A DNA stretch of 64,000 bases, from the NCBI RefSeq assembly GCF_009914755.1, contig NC_060925.1; one strand, written 5' to 3'. Shown in pieces: positions 1 to 14,175 of this stretch; the first letter of the stretch is position 1, and every line of letters starts with the position of its first letter. The translations under genes and the position numbers were made by a program. The notes beneath the pieces are model-generated. The model did not search any database. It saw nothing but the letters and a program-made list of their open reading frames with translations, and was not told where the DNA came from. The stretch comes from the human T2T-CHM13v2.0 reference genome, Homo sapiens.

Positions 1-834
1 CAAGATTTTTCCCAAGCTGTAGTTGCAGATTTAGAGGGCTAGAGTTGGCTCTGTTAGTGATGGCTTCCATTGTTGTTACCCTGCAGTTAAGTATAGATTG
101 CAAAGTGGCAATAGAGAAGGGAGACACCTTTGCCACAATTTGCTGGACACAATTTATGAATAGAACACATAGAAAGAGAATGAGAAAGCAAACACATACA
201 CAAAAAGATCAACAGCTAAGAAACTTGGATGTTTGGTAAAGTGAATATTGTGTCCTTGCTGTAATTGATGAATTCGGCTTGCAGTGCATTAGTTACAGGA
301 AGGGAATACATGTGACTCATTTGTTAATTGTCAGCCACTTAGTGCAAACAGAAATTGAGTATTTTCCATTTTCAATGAAAATTTTACTTTGGGAATTTTA
401 TGTACAAAACCAATAAAATTTTTAACCAAGAGTGAAAGAAGCACAGATTGTTTTAAATACATGCACACACACAGTATTTAAGGGATCACACATATCTGAG
501 AAATAAAACAAAAAAGAAAAACCCTATAGAAATGCAGCATATTGTTCTGATTCCTGAAGAGTTTTCTTTACATAAATTTGGGAAGATTTTCATATTCTTG
601 GTAGGCAAACACAAGGAACCTTGATTTACTTCAATCTAGTTCACTGCTGATCAGCTTTTTGTATTTAACAGCGTTCTAGAAGCAATGGAAGAGACAAAAA
701 AAGAAAATTTAAGACACACCCTCAAGTAATTCACAAGCTTGTTGATAAACAAGGCAAACTTATGGAATAAGATGGACTGTAATAAAATGACATGTGTGTG
801 TTTATACACCTAACAGAGAGTTCAACAATTCATT

Positions 835-940
835 ACTCAGTTGGGCAAACTGAGACTTAGTGTGGCTTAGTGATTTGTTTAAGGTCACACATCTAATAGT
901 GATAACAACATTTTGGAAACCTAGGAGGTCTAGTTTCTGT
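835..940 (-). mobile_element. MIR SINE fragment
   Basis: 'aaactgagacttagtgtggcttagtgatttgtttaaggtcacacatct' resembles the reverse MIR core. Confidence 0.65.
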
Positions 941-1554
941 CCTTTGTTTTTTCCATCATTAAGGCATTTGTCAGTTGAAAGCTGCACAACTAGAAATTAC
1001 ATTTGCCAAACATGGTTTCTTCCTATATTTGCCTGTGGAATGACTTTTGACTTAGAAATCATGTAGGTTTTTAACACTTGCCCAGGCCCTAGATAGAGAT
1101 TGGAAGGGTTTGTTGATCTCTAATTAGCTCTGATTAGTCAAAATTGATCTTTAAACTATAGAAAATCCAAAACAAAGATCCCATAGCCCTAAAAAGTGTG
1201 CTATAAATCTGTATGCTTCAGGTTAAAGAGCAAATGATTAAATCCAGATTGATTCTTGTAGCAAAAGGGCAGTGCAAGAAACTGCTGGAAAATAATGGCT
1301 GGGGACAAAAGGCTCTGGTGGTGTATGAGTCATCAGCCTGGGACTGCTCATGGCCCGGTCTTTGTTCATTACTGCTGTTAGCACACATTCTGTTATACAA
1401 GTAACTATGACAATGCCATATTCCCTTTACTTGTGAAAAAATTTTGGGACCCACATATGGCAAGAAAAGATTGATGATCTAGGGTTGGTGTATTGCTCTC
1501 TGTGCAATAATTTCCTAGAGATGAATATGGGAATGCACATTTCTCTGTACACTG

Positions 1555-1665
1555 ATTGATTTATTCACTAGTTCATGTATTTATTGACTCATTAATCATG
1601 GATTTTTGGGGTCACTTACTATGTACCAGGCAATATTATGTTTAACACTGGGAACACACATAGAC
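1555..1665 (-). mobile_element. L2 3' end fragment
   Basis: 'ttcatgtatttattga...cacttactatgtaccaggca' is typical of the reverse L2 tail. Confidence 0.5.
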
Positions 1666-1934
1666 AAAAGCAAAATTAAATCACGTATTTAATGAATGTT
1701 TATTGTCTACATGTAACTTATGGTTTAATGGAACCAGAAATTCTTGACTTCTGGTCTCAGCCCTCATCCAAAGAGTGTGCTGCCCATAAGTCCAAAGCCA
1801 GATTAGTTGTCCTATATGTCGTGGCATCTCTCATTTAGCCAAACTGAGTGTACACTCATAGATGCAGACTCTCCTGCATATCTTACCAGGAGGGCAACCC
1901 TGTATCACTGAAGAGATATGTTATCTTCCACAGT

Positions 1935-2140
1935 AAAATTGTGGTTAAAAGCATGGAAGTCAGAGTTAGACATGCAGGAGTCATATCCTGGCTCCGCTGC
2001 TCACTAGATGAGCATCCTTATTACAATTGCAGTTTTCTCGTTAGTAAATTGAGTGCAATCTGTAAAGACTGCAGTGAGGATTAAATTTAAATAAATAAAT
2101 GCTGACACCTAGTAAGCCCTGACAAATGGTGGCTATTAAT
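1935..2140 (+). mobile_element. MIR SINE
   Basis: 'gtggttaaaagcatgga...cagttttctcgttagtaaattgag...gtgaggattaaat'. Confidence 0.65.
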
Positions 2141-3144
2141 AACATTGTCCTAAAATTTGTTCCTCTTTTAATACCCACTTTCACAGGCAAGTGATGTCTC
2201 TTGCTTGCCCTGTATTAGCCCCACTGTGTCCATGGCATTATTTTACTGTGTGAGTACAAACTTAGACACCTGGAATTTGCACTCATCCTCTGGTTCCCTT
2301 CATTTACTTTGAAATGCTGCTGATAGTTTGATTTTCTAATTGTGGTAGTGAGAGGCTACTGAGCTCATTTATGGCTATTTTCTGGAGGGCATTCTGTGGA
2401 GCAGCCAGGAAGAAAGACAACCCGGGCTGGCTTTCTGCAACCGCAGCAGAGCGATTTCTGGGATGTAAATTGCATCAGAGTTCTTCCATCTTTTCTCCTG
2501 GTCCCCTCTACAACCTTCAGTTTCTGCTTTCTTTTCTCCCTCTCTTTCTCTTCTCTCCATCTACTCTTTAGATATTTACAAATACACATTAACTTCACAG
2601 TTCCTGACTAGGACATTATCTTTATTAACACTTGCAATTTGTGTGGATTATAGATCTTTTCATGACCTCTTTAGTGCCCTAGGATATGCCACTGCCATTT
2701 ATTTGTATAATCTCCTACTTTGATGAAATGCAGATAAGTTGAAAAATCTGCCAAAAATTGTTGTCCGCAGGATATTGGGAAACAAGCACTTCCACAGTTA
2801 ATTGTGTGTGCATTTTTAATCATAGTCTAATAAATTGGCTTTTTATTTCTTTAAGTTACTCTGGGAGAAGTCTCAGAATATTAACATTTTTGCTTCACAT
2901 GGGGACATCTGCTCATCCTCAGAGTACATGCAGAAATCAACAAAATTGTGTGGGCATGGGGATGTTTTATTTATATTTCAGAAGTAGGAGAAATTCTTTC
3001 CTTCAAGCTTTAGAACCATACTAAGCTTATAGGGTAAGAAAAATTCACACACTATATTATAGTACCCCAGTGGGCTAGGATCCACAACATAACATTTTCC
3101 CTATCTTGCTGTCTTTTTTTCCTTTGGGAGAGAGGTCTCTATCC

Positions 3145-3280
3145 CGAGCTTCTCAGACTATAGGGCACATAAGAATCGTTGGGGTGTCTATTAAAAGGCG
3201 GATTCCCAGGTTCCACCATCCAGGGATTCTAATTCATGGGATAAGTTGGGACCTGGCATCCTGCATTTCACATTAAACCA
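3145..3280. mobile_element. MER5-type hAT-Charlie MITE fragment
   Basis: 'cttctcagact...cataagaatc...ttaaaaggcggattcccagg...attctaattca...ctgcattt'. Confidence 0.55.
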
Positions 3281-4849
3281 CTGCACAGAGTCTACTTGAT
3301 TCTCTCCTTTGATTTCTACTCTTGCTTCTGCCCATTTTCCCAAGCTCAGCTAAGGAAAGCTGGTGCAAGAGGAGGTGCCTGACAAAACAGATGTCGCTGT
3401 GTCAGAGCTGTTTATTCTGAGCTCACAGTGCTGCCTAATACACAGTGCCATCGGGTTGTTGCTTAGGGAGACACCTATGATGCCATTAATTATTTAGGGA
3501 TCCAAAGTAGCCGCCATTAATGAATTTGAATGTATTACAGTGATCCTAATCAGAGTAACAGATGCAAAATGACAATATGATACACACAATTTTCCCCCAG
3601 CGAGTTACACACTATTAAGGTCTGTTGCAGTCAATGAATCCAGATGCTTCCCTACTCTTACTGACCATGAAAGATCCTGGTTTCATTACATGAAAGAAAA
3701 TAAGTTCATCCCATTATCTTGCAGAGTTAAAGCGAGATCCAATTCAGCAGCTGGTAAGGCATCATAAGTTGGTTTGCAATAATCCTGCCCCCGTTTCAGG
3801 ATTGACTGAGTGGAAGAATTCTATTGCATCTGGGCTTATCATTCCCTTTACATTATTTTTATGCTTTCCCAGATGAGTTGCTTTACTCTTGCTAAGAAAG
3901 CCTCCAATGGACAAAGCAAGTTTTATATACACATAATGTGAGAAAAAAGCAAACTATTTTTACAGAGGGTAAATTCATTAAAATCAGAGTAACAAAACTA
4001 AAGTCAACCATGATAAAATGGGAAACAGAAAGCTTCTCAAGAGTATATTGCTAAAAATGTTGTCAGATTTCTGATATAAACCAGGCCATGCATAGCAGCA
4101 TTTCCCCCTTCCTGTCCTAGAAATTATGCAAAAGAAAAACCAAAAAACAAACTGAAAACGAAAAGCTCAAAGGCAAATATAAACCATAGACTGTGCAACA
4201 TCTGTAAAGGCTGCCAGGAGACACTGAAATTGTGCAGTGGCCGCCAAGGAGGAAACAGAAGGAGGCAACACCAAGAGAGCCCAGGGGTGGCAATTGGAGG
4301 AAGTGCCAGCAAAAATACTCATCCTGAAGGGGCAGGACTCACCTGAAGTGCTAAGGTTAGCATAGTTGTTCTGGAATTGAGGTTTGCAGGGTCGGTGCAA
4401 AAGTGTTCCTATCCTGGTTTGGCTCTGAGAAATACAGGAGAGGGCTGAGCAAAGAAACCAAAGATGAGCTGTATTTGAAGGAAGCAGTTTATTTCTGGGG
4501 CAACAGGAAGGGGAATGAAGCCTGAAAGGCCACCTGGCCCCTCCCCAGTAAAAACTTCTTGAAAATAGTTTGTTTGGGAAAATGTAACTCATTTAGTGGT
4601 GAAAAGCTTTTAAAAAAGGGCATTGATAAAAAGATCCTATGTGAAAAATGGTGGAAAAGAGCGGCGAAATCACCAGCAGATGGAGGACATTCATAAATGG
4701 ATGAAAATTGTGTCCTAACTATTTGCCATGAATTAAAATAAAAACATATGCAATGAGGCAATTACCTTGAGCAATTCCTTTTTAAAAAGTGTATTCATTT
4801 ATTGATCATCCACTCTGTGCTGTGCTTTATAAGACTTTAGAGACATCAT

Positions 4850-5223
4850 TATTTATTTATTTATTTTTAATTTTTTATTTCCATAGGTTTTTGGGGAACA
4901 GGTGGTATTTGGTTGCATTAGTATGTTCTTTAGTGGTGACTTGTGAGATTTTGGTGTACCCATCACCCGTGCAGTATACCCTGAACCCAATTTGTAGTCT
5001 TTTATCCCTCAACCCTCTCCTATGCTTTCCCCCAAGTCCCCAAAGTCCATTGTATCATTCTTTTGCCTTTGCATCCTCATAGCTTAGCTCCCATTTATGA
5101 GTGAGAACATATGATGCTTGGTTTTCCATTCCTCAGTTACTTTACTTAGAATACTGGTCTCCAGTTCCATCCAGGTTACTGTGAATGTCATTAATTCATT
5201 TCTTTTTATGGCTAAGTAGTATT

Positions 5224-5289
<66 letters not shown>

Positions 5290-5545
5290 TTGGGCTGGTT
5301 CCATATTTTTGCAATTGCAAACTGTGCTGCTATAAACATACATGTGCAAGTATCTTTTTTGTAGAATGACTTATTTTCCTCTGGGTAGATACCCAGTAGT
5401 GGGATTGCTGGATCAAATGACAGATCTACTGTTTAGTTCTTTAAGAAATCTCCACACTGTTTTCCATAGTGCTTGTGCTGCTTTACATTCCCACCAGCAG
5501 TGTAGAAATGTTCCCTTTTCACTGCATCCATGCCAACATCTATTA
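4850..5545 (-). mobile_element. L1PB-like LINE-1 3' end (3'UTR plus end of ORF2)
   Basis: T-rich tail, then 'ccataggtttttggggaacaggtggtatttgg', 'agtgagaacatatgatg', 'cccagtagtgggattgctggatcaaatg'. ORF 5084..5320 gives the L1 C-terminal-like peptide 'MEYYLAIKRNELM'. Confidence 0.9.
5229..5284. repeat. (AT)28 microsatellite inside the L1
   Basis: Perfect alternating AT run read directly. Confidence 0.97.
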
Positions 5546-5636
5546 TAAAAAATGCTGAGCATCACTAATGATGGAGGAAATGCAAATCAAAACCACAATG
5601 CAATACCATCTTACTCCTGCAAGAATGGTCATAATT
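5546..5636 (+). mobile_element. Inverted 5' segment of the same L1PB (twin-priming inversion)
   Basis: 'aaaaaatgctgagcatcactaatg...gaaatgcaaatcaaaaccacaatg...aagaatggtcataat' is the ORF2 segment just upstream of the minus-strand piece, in the opposite orientation. Confidence 0.85.
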
Positions 5637-5654
5637 GAGCAATTACTTTTGAAG

Positions 5655-6330
5655 GAAGACCCCAAAGCAGAAACACAAGAACACAGAGGAGAAGTGAGTA
5701 GTCGATGAAAAATATGAAACGTGCTGAAATTCAGGAAATATGTAATTCCAGAATGATGACACAACTGAAAGAAGCATGAAGAAGAGAGATGTGATAAAAA
5801 CACAGTGATGGAAATAATGAACATAAGAGAAAAGAAAAGGAGATCCCAGATACATGCAATTGAAGTGGTAGATGAGAAACACAATCAATGAAACAAAACC
5901 CAAATGTTTAAAGATATGATTCAGGAAAAACTTCTGATAATAAAGTATGTGACTCTACACACTGCAAAGGCACTGTGTGTCCCAGGGAAAAGTGACCCAG
6001 ATCATCATCAACAAGGAATACCCTAGCGAAATTATTGAACTCTAAGAAATGAAGGAAGAATTCTTTGGGCAGTAAAAGGATGAAGTAACTTGGAAAGGGA
6101 AAACAATCAGCTGAATTCATCTTCATATCCATGGCCATATTCAACACTAGAGGGTGGAAAAGTGGTACCTTTCAAATTCTCAGAGAAAGAAAGTGTGAGT
6201 CAAGGATGTTATATCCACCCATGTGCACAGAAGATTTCAGGGAACTCTGTTGCTAGGGTCCTTTTGTGAATAAGCAACTCAAGGGAGAAGTTCTGCCATC
6301 AAGTGTAACTGTGGCAAAAGAACTGGCAGT
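5655..6330 (+). mobile_element. Ancient L1M/HAL1-like ORF1-region relic
   Basis: A-rich decayed ORF1-type motifs 'cccagggaaaagtgaccc', 'gggaaaacaatcag', 'aggatgttatatcca'. Confidence 0.55.
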
Positions 6331-6359
6331 GAGCTTTTTATTTTTCTTTCTGGAACTGG

Positions 6360-6830
6360 AATTTTTATCAGGAGAAAAATGAAAATATACAAAAGTAGAG
6401 AAAACAGTATAATAAAATCTCAAGTACCCATTATACAGCTTCAACAGTTTGCATGGCCAATCTTGATTCATCTATATCTCGTCATTCTCTCCCCATCCTC
6501 TAGTGGATAATAATCCCTCATTTTATTTCTTCCATAACCATTTTAGTATGTATCTCTATTACAGAAAAATATTTTTTAAAACACAATGCCAATACCATTA
6601 TCACACCTAAAAATAAATGATAGCAATTCTTTAATACCATAAAATAGCCAGTTAGTGGTTGTATTTCTGTGATTGCCTCACAATTAAAAAAATTTTTAAA
6701 ATAATTTTTAAAAATAATAAAAAAATAGTTAATTTGTTTAAATAGATCTACAAATAAAGGCCATACATTGGAACTGATTACGTCTTTGAGTTTCTTTTAG
6801 TGTATATGTTTTTTTCTCTCTCTTTTTAAA
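6360..6830 (-). mobile_element. Old L1 (L1MC/L1ME-type) 3' end
   Basis: 'atatacaaaagtagagaaaacagtataataaa...cagcttcaacag...ggccaatcttg...aataccattatcacacctaaaaa'. Confidence 0.6.
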
Positions 6831-8472
6831 TTTTATTTTTAATTGTGGTAAAATATACATGTTTTAGTCTATTTTGTTTTGCTATAGCAGAATACCTCAG
6901 ACTGGGTAATTGATAATGAACAGAAATTTATTTGGTTCACTGTCTGGAAGCTGGGCAGTCCGAGACTGAGGGGCTGCACCTGATCAGGGCCTTCTTGCTG
7001 CATCTTCACATGGCAGAAGGTATCACGTAGAGAGAGAACACTTGTGAGTTCCTCTCCCTAAGATGAAGCCAAACTCACTTTCATAACACACTCCTGTGAT
7101 CATGAACCCACTCCGGTGATAAGAACAATGATTTATTCATGAGGGTGGAGCCATCATGACCTACTCACCTCTTAAAGATCCCACTTCTCAATGCTGTTGC
7201 ACTGGGAATTAAGTTCCCAACATATGAACTTTGTGGGACACAGTCAAACCATAGCAACATATAACAAAAAATTTATGATCTTAATCATCTTTAAGTGTAC
7301 AGGTCAGTAGTGTTAAGTATGTTTATGTAGTTGTGCAACCAATCTCTTGGGCTCTTCATCTTTCAAAATTAAAACTCGATTATATTAAACAATAATTCCT
7401 CATCCCCCTTTCTCTATCCCCTGGAAACAACCATTCTACTTTCAGCTGCTATACATTTAACTACTCTAGGTACATCATATAAGTAGAATCATTTTGTGAC
7501 TTGGTTATTTTACTTAGCACAATGTTCTCAAGATTTATCCATGTTGTAGCATGTGTCAGAATGTCTTTCCTTTTTAAGGCTGAATGATATTCGATTGTAT
7601 GTATATGCCACAATTTTGCTTATCCATTTATCCACTGATGGACACTTGGGTTCCTTCTACCTTTCAACTGCTGTGAGTAATGCTGCTATAAACATGGATG
7701 TACAAATATCTCTTCAAGACTCAAGCATATACCCAGAAGTGGAATTGCTGGATCATATGGTAGTTCTATTTTTAATTTTTTTAGGAATCACTATACTGTT
7801 TTTTTTTTCCACAGCAATTGCAAAACTTTGCATTTCCACCAACAAATGCAGAAGGATTCCAATTTCTCTACATTCTTGCTATGCTAGCCCTTGTTATTTT
7901 TTGTTTTTTATTTTGTTTTTTTTTTTTTTTTTTTTTTTTTTTGATAGTAGCCATCTTAATGGGTGCCAGGGGGTATCTCATTGCGGTTTTGATTTGCATT
8001 TCCCTAATGATTAGTGATGCTGAATATCTTTTCATGTGTGTATTGGCTATATATCTTTTTAGAAGAAATGTCTATTCAAATCCTTTGCCAATTTTAAATT
8101 TGGGTTTCTTTTTTTCTGCTGTTGTTGAGTTGTAGGAGTTCTTTATATATTCTGGATATTAGCCTCTTATCAGATATATGATTTGCAAATATTTTCTCCT
8201 ATTCTGTGGGCTATCTTTTCACTCTGTTGATTGTTCTCTTTCATGCACAGAAATTTTTAATTTTAATGTAGTCCAATTTATCTATTTTGTCTTTTGTTGT
8301 TTGTGCTTTTGATGTCACGTACAAAAAATCATTGCCAAGCCAACGTCATGATACTTTCCCCGCGTGTTTTTCACTAAGAGTTTTATGGTTTCAGCTCTTG
8401 CACTCAGGTCTTTGATCTGTTTTAAGTTATTTTTTCCATGTGATATAAGATACGAATCCAACTGTATTCTTT
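6830..8472 (-). mobile_element. L1MB/L1MA-type LINE-1 3' portion, interrupted by an MST LTR
   Basis: 'ttttaattgtggtaaaatataca' resumes at about 7258 with 'aaaatttatgatcttaatcatctttaagtgtacag', then 'cccagaagtggaattgctggatcatatggtagttctattttt', 'gtagccatcttaatgggtg'. Confidence 0.85.
6860..7256 (-). mobile_element. MaLR solo LTR (MSTC/MSTD-like)
   Basis: TG...CA termini 'tgttttagtc...caaaccatagca' and MST motifs 'actgggtaatt', 'agggccttcttgctg', 'atgagggtggagcc'. Confidence 0.85.
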
Positions 8473-8479
8473 TATGACC

Positions 8480-9290
8480 ATGAAGCTAACTGTATTTGAA
8501 AGTACAGCCAAGACGAAGACAACTGTGGAAGTTAAGGTAACAGAACAGAATACAAATCTTATATAAATGACAAGGAATGACATTCCTACATGAACAACTA
8601 ACTACAATGAAAAAAAGAAAAAGACAAAGAAGTTGGGAGGTAGATTAAGTTTGCCGAGTCCTCACTGGCAAAGCTGACAATCAAACTATTTTATTGATAA
8701 GTGAAGTAATAAAAGTGAAATGCTTATTTCAAAGGACAAAGATAATATGTCATTGAGTGGTACAGGGGAAAGAGAGAGATGATGAGGAGAGAGAGGAGAG
8801 AGAGAATAAGAAACCAATAGATGTTATCATCTAAAAATTTTAAAAACCTGAGGATTTTTTAAAAAGTTAAAACTATAAATGCAACCAATAGAATAAAAAT
8901 ACAAACTTCCTCAAAGAGCAGAATGACTGTACACACAAAAAGACACACCATCCCTCCCTCTCTTTTTTTCCTTCTCAAAGTTGACCAAACTAAATTAAGA
9001 AAAAATATAAAATAATGCAAGTGAACTGAAACAAAATATATCCATCACATTAAAAATTATGAATGAGCCCGACTCAACTATTACATGAGAAAGACCTTCA
9101 GATTAGATTCTAAACAAACACCTAACAGCCATATTCCAAAGAAAGACTTAAAACAAAAAGATTTAGAAAAGTTGTAAAAGGCAAACGAGGCAAATTCAAA
9201 CAAAAGAAATTAAGGATTGCAATCTAAATATCAGACAAAGTAGAATTCAGGTCAAAAATCATTAAATGAGACAAATAAAGCATTTTATTA
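8480..9290 (+). mobile_element. Ancient L1M inter-ORF region and ORF2 endonuclease start
   Basis: 'aatatcagacaaagtagaattcaggtcaaaaatcattaaatgagacaaa' matches the L1 ORF2 N-terminal motif. Confidence 0.7.
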
Positions 9291-9294
9291 CATG

Positions 9295-9628
9295 GGTTCT
9301 GATTTTCAATTGCTTCAAAACTAACTGTTGTAAACTTAGTGGCAAATAACAACCATATTTTATCAAATTATCAGATTTTGTGGGAATTCAGGCAGGGTAT
9401 AGCAGAGATGACTTGTCTCTGCTGCACAATATCTGAGACCTCTTTTGGGAAGATACAAATAGATGAGGACTAGAAACATCTTGTAGATGCTTCACTCACA
9501 TGGCTGGTGCACAGGCTAGGAAGACTGAAGCCTTGGTTCGTCTGGGACTGTCAACCAGAGCCCCTGAGCGTGATTTCTTCATGTGGCTTGGGCTTCCTCA
9601 CAGCATGTTGGCTTCAGGATTGTCAGAC

Positions 9629-9660
<32 letters not shown>

Positions 9661-10012
9661 GAGACAGAGTCTCACGCTGTCACCCAGGTTGGAGTGCAGT
9701 GGCGCGGATCTTGGCTCACTGCAACCTCTGCCTCCTGGGCTCAAGCGGTTCTTCTGCTTCAGCCACCTAAGTAGCTAGGATTACAGGTATGTGCCATCAT
9801 GCCCAGCTTCTGTATTTTTAGTAGAGATTGGGTTTTGCCATGTTGGCAAGCTGGTCTTGAACTCCTGGCCTCAAGTGATCCACCCACCTTGCCCTCCCAA
9901 AGTGCTGGGATTACAGGCGTGAGCCGCTGTGCCCAGCCAGACTCCTTACATTGGCAATCCAACAGCAAATGTCCACAGGGAACAAGGAGGAAGCTTCATG
10001 GCCTTTTATAAT
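9295..10012 (-). mobile_element. MLT1H-like MaLR LTR (first part, split by an Alu; resumes 12667-12823)
   Basis: 'aaacttagtggc', 'ggaattcaggcagggtatagcag', 'atgtggcttgggcttcctcacagcatg', 'ggaagcttcatggccttttat'. Confidence 0.75.
9629..9938 (-). mobile_element. Alu (AluJb/Sz-like)
   Basis: PolyT plus full reverse dimer ending 'gtgagccgctgtgcccagcc'; short TSD 'agact'. Confidence 0.97.
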
Positions 10013-10015
10013 TGT

Positions 10016-10681
<666 letters not shown>

Positions 10682-10913
10682 CAGTCTTAGTTGATTTGTG
10701 TGGCTATAACAAAATGCCATAAATGGAGTAGTTTATAAAAGAAAGAAACTTATTACTTATAGTTCTAGAGACTGGGACGTCCAAGATCAAGGCACTGGAA
10801 GATTGAATATTTGGCTGAGAAAATATTTAATCAAAATGCTGAAGGAATAGCCTGGTTCTTCTTGACTGTTTCTAGTAAAATTTTAGATGAGAGAAATGAT
10901 TTAAAGATGGAAT

Positions 10914-11496
10914 TGTCAATCACTGGGCAGAACACTCTGTACAGAACACTGTGTACGGGTTATCAATTCCAGGGGAGAAGAACACTGTGCATGTTAGAAC
11001 ACTGTGCATTCTAGAGGAGGACTGTAAACACTTCTGCCCCTTGCATCTTGCTATAGGAATTGCTAAGGAAAGCACAGTGCAGTCAAGCACTGGATGTAGC
11101 AATGCTTTACTTACATAGACAAGATATAGAGCAAGGTCAGCTTCAATAGTGTGCATTGATACCCCAGGGTTAGTGAGTCTCTTCTGGCAGCCAGTGCAGG
11201 GCCATTTGCCTAAACACACCCTCTTATGCCACAGAGGACAGACCTCTCCTCTGTGGAGCCTGAAATAGTGAAAGCTGAGGATAGGCCTGCATACCATGGA
11301 CACACATGCTGAAACAGAACAAAAGAATACTTACTGAGTATGAAACAGGAAAGTATGTTTCCACACAATGTGATGAGCCTGACAAAGGCTGTGTGAGCAC
11401 TTTACCTCTTGGTTAGGAAGTGTTTCAGTTTCCATACCCATTCTTGTGTGGCCAAGTGGGGGTCAAAAGACTACACATAAGACTGCCATCCTAACA
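10914..11496 (-). mobile_element. Probable ERVL-class solo LTR (family not assigned) inserted in the MLT1A internal region
   Basis: Interrupts the contiguous MLT-int sequence 'gaattg..aatca|aaagggaagc'. Minus strand starts 'tgttagg', has an 'agtaaa' polyA-like signal and internal 'agaacactgtg' repeats. Confidence 0.5.
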
Positions 11497-11977
11497 TTAA
11501 TCAAAAGGGAAGCAAAAAGCTAAAGATTTGAAGTATTCTCAGCCTATCATATTGTAAAGAATAAGATAGAATGGTGAGCGAGAACACCAAAGGTGTGACC
11601 AAACAATCATCTGATAAGGAGATTAGTCTCACAAGTTCTACCTTCAGAAAACACTAGGACATGAACACAATTCAGTCAAGTTCTTTACCACTTTATAACA
11701 AGGGTGACCTTTCCTTCATTGTCCAAAAACATGTTCCTCATTTCCAGCTGAGACCTTATCAGAAGGATCTTACCGTTTATGTTTCCAACAACATTCTGTT
11801 CAGGGTTACTTAAGTGTTCCCTAAGAAGACTGAGGCTTTCTCTACAGCTCTCCTCGTTGCTTTCTGGGCCCTCATAGAATTGCCACTAATAGTCTGTTCA
11901 TGGCAATGAGGCGTTTTCTTGCATGCACCTCAAAATGTTTCCAGCCTCTACCCTTTACCCAGTTTCAAAGCCACTTC

Positions 11978-12240
<263 letters not shown>

Positions 12241-12666
12241 AGCCACTTCTATATTTTAGTTATTTGTTGCAGCGCCCCATATCCATTTTCTCAATGCCAA
12301 ATTTCAGTCTTAGTATGTTCAGGTTACTATAACAAAATATGTAAACTGGCTGGCCATAAACAACAGAAATTGACTTGTCACAGTTCTGAAGGCTGGGAAG
12401 TCCCAGATCAAGGTGCTGGCAGATTTGATGTTGGATGAGGGCCTACTTTCTGTTTCTGAGATGACACTTTCCTACTGTGTTCTCATATGGTGGAAGGGGC
12501 TAGCTAGCTTTCTAGGGCCTCTTTTAAAAGGTTACTAGTTCCATTCCTGAGGGCTCTGTCCTCATGACCTAATTATCTTCCAGAGGCCCCATCTCCTAAT
12601 ATCATCACTTTGGGGGCTAGGATTTTAACATATAAATTTAAAGGGGACAAAAACATTCAGACCAGA

Positions 12667-12823
12667 CCTAGCCTCAGAATCACATAGCATCACTGTACAT
12701 GTGCTCTATTGGTTGAAGTAGTCACAGGCTGGCAGAGATTCAGGAGAGGTGGCAAAGATCTTACTTCTCTAGGGGACAAATAATTTGTCAAATAATTTGT
12801 GACCATGTTTTAGATCTGCCACA
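12667..12823 (-). mobile_element. MLT1H-like LTR, remaining part
   Basis: 'cctagcctcagaatcacatagcatcact...tctattggttgaagtagtcaca...ccatgttttagatctgccaca'. Confidence 0.7.

Positions 12824-14175
<1,352 letters not shown>

Noticed and set aside
10929-11006. CRISPR-like repeat-spacer array
   Set aside because: Units are about 11 bp, irregularly spaced, and lie inside an LTR-like element in a mammalian genome.
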